Shown in pieces: positions 7,494 to 15,531 of a stretch of DNA of 30,127 bases. Location: the IMG/VR virus record IMGVR_UViG_3300021408_000174, positions 1 through 30,127 of that record; one strand, given 5' to 3'. Position numbers and translations under genes: made by a program. The stretch comes from a virus (taxonomy: Duplodnaviria > Caudoviricetes). The notes beneath the pieces were generated by a model. It did not search any database. It had not been told where the DNA came from and saw only the letters and a list, made by a program, of their open reading frames with translations. Each line of letters starts with the position of its first letter. Positions within the stretch are counted from its first letter, which is position 1.

Positions 7494-8144
7494 ATGGGAA
7501 GACCAGCATTAGATTTGACAGGCGTTGTTAGTGGTAGATTGACTGTTGTTCGGCGAGATTTTTCGCGCGCTGATAAAAAGAATTCTTATTGGTTATGCAA
7601 ATGTAATTGCCCTGAGGGGAATGAGTTGGTGGTTTCTGGCATAAATATAAAATCTGGAAATACTACGAGTTGTGGTTGTGTTCAGCGTGAAAACTATGAA
7701 GCTAACAGAACCATGAATGGGGAGAGTAAAACTAAAGAATATCATGCTTGGGTAGGTATGTTGAAGAGATGTTATGATCCAAAGTATAAGCCGTATCACA
7801 AGTATGGTGGTCGTGGTATTACGGTGTGTGATGAGTGGAGAGACGATTATTTTAAGTTTTTAGAAGATATGGGTAGATGTCCTGACGGTATGTCTCTTGA
7901 TAGAGTAGATAACGATTCTAGATATTCAAAAGCCAACTGTGCTTGGCGATCCATTGAAGAGCAGAATAATAATCGCGGTGATTATAATGTGAGAGTTGAA
8001 ATGGACGGCGAAACGTTATCTGTTTCACAATGGGCAAGAAGATATGGTTTTGCCCAAAAAGATATGTCTGCCATTATTGGTAGAATAAATCGTGGTTGGA
8101 CGCCAATGAGGGCTTTTACCACACCTATTAACAGATGCAAGTAA
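7494..8144 (+). CDS. Free-standing HNH-type homing endonuclease-like protein
   Basis: DLTG...GRLTV, WLCKCNC, TTSCGC, W-x-x-M-x-x-RC...YGGRGITVCDEW, F-x-x-DMG...SLDRVDND-x-x-YS-x-x-NC-x-W, I-x-x-RI-x-x-GW; AT-richer than the flanks and has its own promoter. Confidence 0.85.
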   Translation: MGRPALDLTGVVSGRLTVVRRDFSRADKKNSYWLCKCNCPEGNELVVSGINIKSGNTTSCGCVQRENYEANRTMNGESKTKEYHAWVGMLKRCYDPKYKPYHKYGGRGITVCDEWRDDYFKFLEDMGRCPDGMSLDRVDNDSRYSKANCAWRSIEEQNNNRGDYNVRVEMDGETLSVSQWARRYGFAQKDMSAIIGRINRGWTPMRAFTTPINRCK

Positions 8145-8166
8145 TAATGATTGGGAGTTTGAGTAA

Positions 8167-8385
8167 ATGAGCAATACGAGTCTAAAGGGAATCTGTAAAT
8201 GGTTTAACTCTGCAAAAGGGTTCGGGTTTATTAATGCTGATGGCGAGGACAAGGACATTTTTGTCCATTGGTCCTCAATCGAAATGGAAGGCTACAAAAC
8301 CCTCAAGGAGGGCGAGCCGGTTGAGTTTGTCCTTGAGGACGGTCCGAAGGGTCCCACAGCGACTCAGGTGCGTAGGGCTGATTAA
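8167..8385 (+). CDS. csp: Cold-shock domain protein (CspA family)
   Basis: KWFNSAKGFGFI (RNP1), DIFVHWSSI (RNP2), GYKTLKEG, GPKGP. Confidence 0.96.
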   Translation: MSNTSLKGICKWFNSAKGFGFINADGEDKDIFVHWSSIEMEGYKTLKEGEPVEFVLEDGPKGPTATQVRRAD

Positions 8386-8407
8386 ACACCCGACGAACTG
8401 GTGTTAG

Positions 8408-8800
8408 ATGAAGCTAGCAGAAGCAAGGTTTGAGATCGATGAGATTACTGGCCGCCTGGCTGATTTAACCGACAGGTTGAAACTCAGCTCACTAAAGAAC
8501 ATTTCTGTTTTACTTGATGAGTTCAATACGCTTTTGCTAAGAAAGCAAAAACTGCAGTTAGCGGTAGAGAAGGCGGAGAGTGACACGGTTGTAGCTGGTG
8601 GTTCGATTCGAGATTTTAGTTTAATGATTGATATTATTGAAGAAAAACTAGAAACTTTGCGCTATTTGGCTCAACGTAGTGATTTGAACGAAGAGTTGTC
8701 CGATTTGATTTTCTCTCAACTCGCGTCCTTTACTCATACGAAAACCCAACTGCAGTCGAGCATTCAGAAAATATCATGGGAAGTAGAAGTACTTCTATAG
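8408..8800 (+). CDS. DIP1984-like coiled-coil protein
   Basis: Begins MKLAEA and ends IQ-x-x-SW-x-VEV, matching my recollection of the MKLAEAL...IQ..NW.TEL family termini; all-helical. Confidence 0.55.
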   Translation: MKLAEARFEIDEITGRLADLTDRLKLSSLKNISVLLDEFNTLLLRKQKLQLAVEKAESDTVVAGGSIRDFSLMIDIIEEKLETLRYLAQRSDLNEELSDLIFSQLASFTHTKTQLQSSIQKISWEVEVLL

Positions 8801-8839
8801 GTTTGTGGGCTAAACCCCTCAAAAGAAAGAGAGGCCGTT

Positions 8840-9007
8840 ATGGCATACGCATATTTTGTTATTAAGAATAACCACCTTGTTGCTATTACGAAGAACGGCA
8901 GGACTAACCCGGAGATTATTCACAGTCTCCCCCATGGTCATCCGGCTGGCGACGGCAATACTATCAATAAGAGCCCCGGCGCTGTGTCTCCTGTAACTGG
9001 TAGGTAA
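8840..9007 (+). CDS. Small hypothetical protein (55 aa), not in the ORF track
   Basis: GAGAGG RBS; MAYAYFVIKNNHLVAITKNGRTNPEIIHSLPHGHPAGDGNTINKSPGAVSPVTGR; stop immediately followed by a terminator. Confidence 0.7.
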   Translation: MAYAYFVIKNNHLVAITKNGRTNPEIIHSLPHGHPAGDGNTINKSPGAVSPVTGR

Positions 9008-9012
9008 TTCGG

Positions 9013-9046
9013 AAGGGAGAGCCTTGTAAAAGGGCTCTCCCTTTTT
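9013..9046 (+). terminator. Intrinsic terminator
   Basis: AAGGGAGAGCCTT-gtaaa-AGGGCTCTCCCTT stem followed by a T run. Confidence 0.9.
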
Positions 9047-9087
9047 GTACTTAATTTGGTAAAATTGCACTTTTTTGCTCAAATAAA

Positions 9088-9116
9088 TTTACATATCTGC
9101 TGATTTATATTATTAT
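9088..9116 (+). promoter_or_regulatory. Sigma70-type promoter
   Basis: TTTACA (9088-9093), 17-bp spacer, TATTAT (9111-9116), AT-rich UP-like region upstream. Confidence 0.78.
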
Positions 9117-9143
9117 TTGAACGTTACCAAATTATAAACGTAA

Positions 9144-9410
9144 ATGCCAATTCCAACAATACGTGAAATCAGGGTTGTATATTACGATGAAGACACCGGA
9201 GCTATCTGCCAGTGTCGGGGGAATTTTTGGAAGACCTGTCCCTTGCGAGCGGCTCACGACCTTCCTTGCACGGAAAGTGTTATAAGCATTACACCTGTGG
9301 ACAGGTCGGAAAGTGCCGACTTGGTTGATGATCAGGTGCGTAGTATTGACGAGCAGTTTAAGGACGTGGCTGATAAGCTCAAGTCTTTGGTTGAGAAAGG
9401 TTTGTTTTAA
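9144..9410 (+). CDS. Hypothetical Cys-containing protein with C-terminal coiled coil
   Basis: 88-aa ORF after promoter; TAATG coupling to the kinase. Confidence 0.65.
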   Translation: MPIPTIREIRVVYYDEDTGAICQCRGNFWKTCPLRAAHDLPCTESVISITPVDRSESADLVDDQVRSIDEQFKDVADKLKSLVEKGLF

Positions 9411-10114
9411 TGGGCTTTGTTTTAGGGTTGAGTGGTCTGGCTTCGTCGGGAAAAGGAACAGTCGGGCATTATATGGTTTCGCGCCATGGTTGGAGCGATT
9501 TTTCTTTTGCCCGCAACTTAAAAGATATGGTTCAGCATGTATTTAAGATGACCGAGTGGCAGGTCGATGACGAGAAGGGGAAGCGGTCAGAGTTTCACTC
9601 CCCGATGGAACTTACTTTCACTCACGTCGGCGCTGTCTTGACCTGGATGAGCAGGACTCACGGGTCAGCCGGATTTCCTTCGGTCGAGGAGCGTAAACGG
9701 CGCTACGGATATATTATGAACCTGATTGGCAAGAAGCTGCGAACTCCTCGTGAAATCCTGCAGATAGTTGGTACGGATATCTGTCGCACGATGGTTCCGA
9801 CCTATCATGTTGATATCGTATCACAGTATATCGACAGGAACCCGGACACCAATTGGGTTATCACGGACGTTAGGTTTCCGGATGAGGGTGATTTTCTGAA
9901 GAGTGTTTATTCCGCTTTTATTCTTCGACTGGAACGTCCGGCTCTGGACCAGAGCCAAGGATTCTACGGTCATGTATCGGAAAACGCGTTGGCCGATTGG
10001 GATGGGTTTTCGGCAGTCATAGACAATAGTGGTAGTCTTGGTTCATTGTATGAAAAGGTTGATCTCTTTCTCAAGGAAAAAGGACTATGTCACGATACGA
10101 TTGCGACCCGATAG
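9410..10114 (+). CDS. Deoxynucleoside monophosphate kinase (T4 gp1-like)
   Basis: P-loop GLSGLASSGKGT, FA-x-x-LK, TPREILQ-x-x-GTD-x-x-R, VITDVRF-x-x-E, H-x-SE. Confidence 0.9.
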   Translation: MGFVLGLSGLASSGKGTVGHYMVSRHGWSDFSFARNLKDMVQHVFKMTEWQVDDEKGKRSEFHSPMELTFTHVGAVLTWMSRTHGSAGFPSVEERKRRYGYIMNLIGKKLRTPREILQIVGTDICRTMVPTYHVDIVSQYIDRNPDTNWVITDVRFPDEGDFLKSVYSAFILRLERPALDQSQGFYGHVSENALADWDGFSAVIDNSGSLGSLYEKVDLFLKEKGLCHDTIATR

Positions 10115-10317
10115 TTAAAGTTCGAAAGACTCGCCGGCATTTCCCGATGGATGGTACACGACGGTCCCAGGTGTATATGAACGATCCCTGTGCGCCGGAG
10201 AACCGTCGTCGTTTACGCTGTGACGTGGACCCTCTGCGTGATGGCCACGACCCCGGCGAAGACCCCTGCCAAAAGCCGCGCGTGCGGCGTCAAGATTCTG
10301 GAATTCCGATTAGGTAG
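10087..10317 (+). CDS. Small Arg-rich protein with internal DPC repeats
   Basis: AAGGA RBS; 76 aa; fills the gap between the kinase and the Zn-ribbon gene. Confidence 0.6.
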   Translation: MSRYDCDPIVKVRKTRRHFPMDGTRRSQVYMNDPCAPENRRRLRCDVDPLRDGHDPGEDPCQKPRVRRQDSGIPIR

Positions 10318-10321
10318 GCAT

Positions 10322-10648
10322 ATGAGTTGGAATGATTTCAAAGATACCGGCACTTCGCGCGAAAATAGCTCGAACCGGGAATCAGTTTCGAGCAAGCGCA
10401 GAGCAAAGATTTCCAAAGACTCCGCTCGCGGAAGCAGCCTCCCCTTTAAGTTTATCAAGCCGCCCAAACGGACCCAAGCTCGTCGGGAAGTCTACTATGT
10501 TTGCTTGGCCTGTGAGGAAGTAAACTTGGTCAACAAAAACACCGTTGGCACAACGTGTCATAGATGTAAGCGATATAATAGGGTGGAAGACACACCGCAC
10601 TTCTTATCACAAGAAGAACTAAGCTCGTATTTAGAGAGGTCGGAGTGA
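10322..10648 (+). CDS. Basic zinc-ribbon protein
   Basis: ATG 10322 (in frame with track ORF 10190); Arg/Ser-rich N-half, CLAC...CHRC C-half; GTGA overlap with nusG. Confidence 0.72.
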   Translation: MSWNDFKDTGTSRENSSNRESVSSKRRAKISKDSARGSSLPFKFIKPPKRTQARREVYYVCLACEEVNLVNKNTVGTTCHRCKRYNRVEDTPHFLSQEELSSYLERSE

Positions 10649-11178
10649 CCGAATCAGAGGGTAGTTATCAGTGGTATGTTTGGTATATTAAGTTCGGTAA
10701 GTTTGATGTTATTAGCAAGTATATTGAAGATAAGGTACCTGAAGTCAAGAAGGTGCTTTTCCCTACGATTACGACTGAATGCCAGCTCAAGAGCGGCGAA
10801 GCCAAGAAGAAGAAAACTCCGTTGTATGGTGGGTATATGTTCTTGCAGTATCACCATAACCCCGATAAGCCAGATGTTTGGTTGAAGTTAACCAAGCATC
10901 CATTTGTTAGTGCTTACATAGGGCCTTGCACGCCGAAGGATTTAGTATCTGTAGACAGTTTACAAAAGTTGGAAATCGTGAATAGTGACAGTGGTTTGAA
11001 GAAGTTTTGTAGAGGCGACTTTGTTCGAGTAAATGGTGGTGTGTTCAAGAACTTTACTGGGAAAGTTTTGACAGTGGAAGACAAAGTGATTCGCGTCGAG
11101 ATTGAAGCCCAGAACAAAAATATGAAGTTTGTTTTTAGCCCGGAAGATTTGGATATTACCGGAGGACCAAACCTGTAA
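10645..11178 (+). CDS. nusG: NusG/RfaH-family transcription elongation factor (NGN + KOW)
   Basis: WYV, V-x-x-P...KK-x-PLYGGYMFL, W-x-x-L-x-x-x-P-x-V-x-x-YIG (NGN); F-x-x-GD-x-VRV-x-x-G-x-F-x-x-F-x-G-x-V (KOW); GAGAGG RBS. Confidence 0.9.
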   Translation: MTESEGSYQWYVWYIKFGKFDVISKYIEDKVPEVKKVLFPTITTECQLKSGEAKKKKTPLYGGYMFLQYHHNPDKPDVWLKLTKHPFVSAYIGPCTPKDLVSVDSLQKLEIVNSDSGLKKFCRGDFVRVNGGVFKNFTGKVLTVEDKVIRVEIEAQNKNMKFVFSPEDLDITGGPNL

Positions 11179-11188
11179 GAAAGAATCC

Positions 11189-11947
11189 ATGCCGACTATC
11201 AAAAAAGACCTTGAAGAAAAACTAGGCTCAGAGAAAGTCGATGAGATTCTAGAGAAAGAGTGGAAGGTGGTGGAACCACCGACCGCTGAGGAGCTGGCTG
11301 TACAAGAGCAGCGGCATCCGAAGGCTAGAAATAACGTAAACTCGCGAAAGAACTTGGCGCAATACAAGCAGCGATCAAAGGAAGCCAAGGAAAAGGCGCT
11401 TGAGAATCTCGTGGTTAGCGAGTACGAAGAGGATGTCGACCCAAAGGATATTTTTGGTGACGACAAGGTTGATTTAGCCATGCTCGATAAAATTTTCCCT
11501 GCTCGCGAGATTTTGGCTAATCGCAAAGAGCAGAATATATATTACAATATTTTGAGGCTATTCCTGAAAGATTTCGATCTTAAGGAGTTATCTTCTAGTG
11601 ATATCCATGACCTGATGACTCTCGCTCTTAACGCTGTAATTGAATGTCGTTTGGTAAAGGCGGCTAAGGGCGAGAAGATGATGCTGGAAGCTTCTCCAAC
11701 ATTAGAAAAACTGCGTAGGCATTCAGGCGAGATCAAGAAAAATCTAGCGTCCCGTCGCGTCGATCGGATTGATACGAAAAATAGACCTATCTTTAGCATC
11801 GTGGAGTTAGCGGCTCATTTAGACTCACAGAACAAATTGGATTTTGATCGCCGGATGCTGGAGTTAGAGGGTAAACGTGCTGATTATGTTTCGCCCTTGA
11901 GAGACGCCGAAGGTAATTTGATCGAGGATAATGGTCCTACGAACTGA
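11189..11947 (+). CDS. Putative terminase small subunit
   Basis: Helical, charged 252-aa ORF directly upstream of and overlapping TerL; NSRKNL motif; call is positional. Confidence 0.55.
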   Translation: MPTIKKDLEEKLGSEKVDEILEKEWKVVEPPTAEELAVQEQRHPKARNNVNSRKNLAQYKQRSKEAKEKALENLVVSEYEEDVDPKDIFGDDKVDLAMLDKIFPAREILANRKEQNIYYNILRLFLKDFDLKELSSSDIHDLMTLALNAVIECRLVKAAKGEKMMLEASPTLEKLRRHSGEIKKNLASRRVDRIDTKNRPIFSIVELAAHLDSQNKLDFDRRMLELEGKRADYVSPLRDAEGNLIEDNGPTN

Positions 11948-13673
11948 AGACGCGCAGCTGTTTCGCCGTGAAATAGAACTTATTAGGTTTTATAGAGATC
12001 ACCCGGTGCTGGCTGCTGAAGATTTGTTGCAGGTAAAACTCGCGGTACCGCAGCAAAGGGTTTTTGAGGATATGTGGTTTAGGAGTTTTGTGATTTACTG
12101 CGCAGGCCGCGGATGTGGTAAAAGTTATTTAGATGCTGTGTTTGCTTGTTTGTGGGCTTTGCTTTGGCCGGGGCAAAAGGTAGGTATTTTGGCTCCGTCC
12201 TTTCGTCAGTCTAAAATCGTGTTCTCTGAAGTTGATAAAATCTGGCACCGAGCCCCTCTTTTACAGGAAGCAACTCAGACTAAACCGATACGTGCTAGTG
12301 ATCGGTGTTATTTAGCATTCAAACAAGCGGGCAACTCAAATCCCTCCATGATCGAAGCCGTTCCAACAGGGGATGGTCAAAAAATCAGAGGTGCTCGTTA
12401 TTATTGTATTATTGCCGACGAGTTTGCACAGATTCCGGTTGATATTTTCAATACAGTGATTCGGCCCATGGGCGCCACCGTGATTGACCCGATGGACAAC
12501 GTCGAGCGTTTAGCGCGTATTGATGCGTTGATCCGGGCTGGTAGAGCTAAGCGCGAGGATTTTGAGGAAACCGGTGGCAACAAGATTATTATGTCTTCGT
12601 CGGCTTATTTTCAGTTCAACCATATGTTTGAAACTATTCGTGAATACAAAAAATTGATTGAATCTGGAGATAAAAAACACGCATATCACGGTGTTTCTTA
12701 TCGAGACATGCCGAAGGGTTTCCTGGACGAAGACAACATCAAAAACGCTCGTCGAACAATGTCTCGTATTCAGTTTCGTATGGAATACGAAGCTATATGG
12801 GAAGCTGATTCTGCTGGAGTATTCAAGGCTTCCTTGATTGAGGAATGTTCTAATCTTGAGAATTATACAGTTCGTATGACGGGCGAGCCTGGTAAACAGT
12901 ATGTGCTTGGTGTTGACCCTGCGCGCGCGTCGGATGGTTTCGCGCTGACCTTGGTTGAGCTTGGCCGGCCAAATAGGACAGTAGCTGCTTGGGAGTTTTA
13001 CCAGATGGTATTCCCCAAGATGGCGAAATTTATTATGGAAGTATGTGATGAGTTCAATGTTGTTGCGGTTCATATGGACGCTGGGGCAGGCGGTGGCGGG
13101 TTGGCGATGAAAGATTTGTTGGCGGAGGAAAGCGTGTACCATGGGCAGCGGTTGTTGGATGCAGGAGATGAAACGACAATGGGCTTGAATGGGCGTCGTA
13201 TACTCCATATGTTTAAGCCCAGTCCAACAAGCAATGCGGAAGCGATATACGCTACGCTTAATCTGATGGAAAATAAGTTGATGGCTTTTCCTCGTCGACC
13301 GCAGATTAGAACCGATAGAGAAGAAGCTTTTGAAGAAATGTTCGAAACTATTGAAACAATGCTGCGGCAACTGTTGCTGATCGAAGTTAGCCAGAGCAAG
13401 TCTGGTGTTGCACACTTTGACGTCCCAACTGGTGGTGGGCACGGCACTCAAAAGAAAGATTTGTATACATCTTTTATTTTGGCCGCTAAAAAGGCGTATG
13501 ATATTGCCCTGATGGCAAACACCCAGTCGAACATCCTCGAAGTTGGTCTAATCGAAAACCTTAAGCTTCCCGAATACCCAGTTGGTGATAGCCGTTTGAG
13601 CAACAGTCTGGATGTACTTAATGCTCCCATGAATAGTTGGGCTTACAGGAAGACGTTTAGACCCTCGAAGTAA
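11931..13673 (+). CDS. terL: Terminase large subunit
   Basis: Q motif (PQQ), Walker A AGRGCGKS, APS-x-RQS, IRG, Walker B IIADEFA, motif III MSSS, F-x-x-EY-x-A, nuclease YVLGVDPAR, C-terminal KDLYTS. Confidence 0.93.
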   Translation: MVLRTEDAQLFRREIELIRFYRDHPVLAAEDLLQVKLAVPQQRVFEDMWFRSFVIYCAGRGCGKSYLDAVFACLWALLWPGQKVGILAPSFRQSKIVFSEVDKIWHRAPLLQEATQTKPIRASDRCYLAFKQAGNSNPSMIEAVPTGDGQKIRGARYYCIIADEFAQIPVDIFNTVIRPMGATVIDPMDNVERLARIDALIRAGRAKREDFEETGGNKIIMSSSAYFQFNHMFETIREYKKLIESGDKKHAYHGVSYRDMPKGFLDEDNIKNARRTMSRIQFRMEYEAIWEADSAGVFKASLIEECSNLENYTVRMTGEPGKQYVLGVDPARASDGFALTLVELGRPNRTVAAWEFYQMVFPKMAKFIMEVCDEFNVVAVHMDAGAGGGGLAMKDLLAEESVYHGQRLLDAGDETTMGLNGRRILHMFKPSPTSNAEAIYATLNLMENKLMAFPRRPQIRTDREEAFEEMFETIETMLRQLLLIEVSQSKSGVAHFDVPTGGGHGTQKKDLYTSFILAAKKAYDIALMANTQSNILEVGLIENLKLPEYPVGDSRLSNSLDVLNAPMNSWAYRKTFRPSK

Positions 13674-13704
13674 ACGACGTAGAAAGACTGAGGCCTGAGG
13701 CCTG

Positions 13705-15522
13705 ATGAATGACGATTTCGAGAAAAAGATAAAAGAAATAGGGGATAAGCATCAGAACCTACGTGTCGAGTCGGCCGATCTGCAGGATGGGACTTTAAGC
13801 ATGCGGGTGGCTGTTACGGGGGGTCCAGAGATGCCCCCGCTCCCGCCTGGTGTCGAGGTGCTGAGTGCTGAGCTGGGTGGCTCCGACACTATCGGCTCGG
13901 TCTCACCCATCTATGAAGCGGCTAACCTGCGCACTATCAATATTGATCCGTTGCTGCGCTCTGATTTGGATAATGCGAAGCCGTCAGTTTTGCGGAGTAG
14001 CCCACACGAGTTGTTCCAGCGTTCGATAGATTACTACCAGAGCAAAGACGTCTACGGTACTGCCATTAACGTTCTTACCAACTTTGCTTCCAAGGGATTT
14101 GAGAACGATATCGATGACGTTACCATTAAGAATTTCTTTGATAATTGGGTTATCGATACTGGGTTTGATGACATCGTGGAGAAAATTTTCTTTGATTTTT
14201 TCCGAGTCAGTATGGTGCGGACCTATAAGATTCGTGGGCAGTATGAGCCTAAGGTTAGTTATATCAGCTCGACCCCTGGTAAGAAGCCAGCTCGAGTGCG
14301 GGCGTCGGTTGAGCGGGCGGTGCGTAATAACCGTTATACCGATATGTTCATCCCCATTGCTTATACGATTCTAAATCCGACTCTGGTTGAGATCAAGGGA
14401 AGTTTGATGTTTGGCCAAACTGCAATCTACCTGAAGGCTAAGGCTGGCGAAGAGATTAAGAAAATGTTGGAGATGCCTTCCACCCAACTATCTACTTTCC
14501 AAAAGAAAATCATTGAGAGTATGCCGGTTGCTTTCAAGAAGGCAGTTTTAGAAGGCCAGGATATCCCGTTGGACCCAGACTTGGTTGGCGAGGTGGATTA
14601 CCGTCGGCAGCCATACGAGCGTTACCCGATTCCTCGAGGAGCTCGCGCGTTTGAATCTTTGGAGTTCAAGAACGAGCTGCGCAAGGCCGACTATAGCACG
14701 TTGGATGGTATCACGAACTACATCCTGAAGATTACGGTCGGCAATGATAATCACCCTGTTACCAAGCAGGAAATCTTAGAGCGCGTGGGCGAGATGTTTG
14801 ACACCGTCTCCAAGTCATTTAAGGTGGTGTGGAATCATACCCTGAATGTCGAAAAGATTACGTCGCCTGAGGTAGGAGAAATCCTTGGCCCCGACAAGTA
14901 CAAGCAAGTTAACGGCGATATTACGGGTGCCATGGGGATGGTTCGTGGGCTGATAGATGGTGAGGGTAATGGCTCGGGCGCTGCTGTTGAGCTGGCCGTC
15001 AAATCAATCATCGAAGAGATTAACTACGCACGACGTCAAGTTACTCGGTGGATTTATTCAGAGTATAAAACCGTGGCTGAGGTTATGAAGTTCGATCGAT
15101 ATCCTCGGGTCCGTTTTGACGACATGGCTTTGCGTGATGAAATTCAAATGATGGCCATACTAGAAGGCTTGGCTGATAGACGTATTGTTTCGTACAACAC
15201 AATCCAGAAGAAGCTGGGTTTCGACCCCGATACCGAGCTTGCGCAGATGAAGGTCGAAAAGCCGTTGGTGTTGGATGGTACTTTGGGGCTGGTTGGTTCC
15301 CCGTTTCAGCAGACCAAGCAGCCCGTGCAAGGAACTCCACGCGGAACTCCATCAGAGGGTCGTCCCCGGGGTCGTCCAGCTGTTAAACCAAAGCCTAAGG
15401 ACAAAACAGTTCCCAGGAAGGCTGCAGCGGAACTAGATGAACTCTTCCAAGATTTCGACATTGATGAGATTGAAAAGTTACTTCGTGAAATTCGGGCCAG
15501 TAAAAGAAAAAAGAGGAAGTAA
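13705..15522 (+). CDS. Portal protein
   Basis: 605 aa between TerL and protease; 'ILNP..V', 'RRQPYERYPIP', 'PRVRFDD', 'KLGFDPDTEL' portal-like segments; low-complexity basic tail. Confidence 0.8.
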   Translation: MNDDFEKKIKEIGDKHQNLRVESADLQDGTLSMRVAVTGGPEMPPLPPGVEVLSAELGGSDTIGSVSPIYEAANLRTINIDPLLRSDLDNAKPSVLRSSPHELFQRSIDYYQSKDVYGTAINVLTNFASKGFENDIDDVTIKNFFDNWVIDTGFDDIVEKIFFDFFRVSMVRTYKIRGQYEPKVSYISSTPGKKPARVRASVERAVRNNRYTDMFIPIAYTILNPTLVEIKGSLMFGQTAIYLKAKAGEEIKKMLEMPSTQLSTFQKKIIESMPVAFKKAVLEGQDIPLDPDLVGEVDYRRQPYERYPIPRGARAFESLEFKNELRKADYSTLDGITNYILKITVGNDNHPVTKQEILERVGEMFDTVSKSFKVVWNHTLNVEKITSPEVGEILGPDKYKQVNGDITGAMGMVRGLIDGEGNGSGAAVELAVKSIIEEINYARRQVTRWIYSEYKTVAEVMKFDRYPRVRFDDMALRDEIQMMAILEGLADRRIVSYNTIQKKLGFDPDTELAQMKVEKPLVLDGTLGLVGSPFQQTKQPVQGTPRGTPSEGRPRGRPAVKPKPKDKTVPRKAAAELDELFQDFDIDEIEKLLREIRASKRKKRK

Positions 15523-15531
15523 TGCTGGCCG

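Noticed and set aside
837-9007. Possible TAG stop-codon reassignment (TAG at 1020-1022 and 8798-8800 are followed by in-frame ORFs)
   Set aside because: All long conserved genes are intact in the standard code, other TAG stops sit at natural protein ends (OmpA C-terminal Phe, DIP1984-like terminus), and two in-frame neighbours are expected by chance
8819-9082. Minus-strand 87-aa ORF in the apparent gap
   Set aside because: Crosses a terminator; better explained by the plus-strand 55-aa ORF 8840-9007 with RBS and terminator
13688-13705. CTGAGGC tandem repeat before the portal gene
   Set aside because: Only about 2.5 copies of 7 bp containing the RBS; likely a slippage duplication
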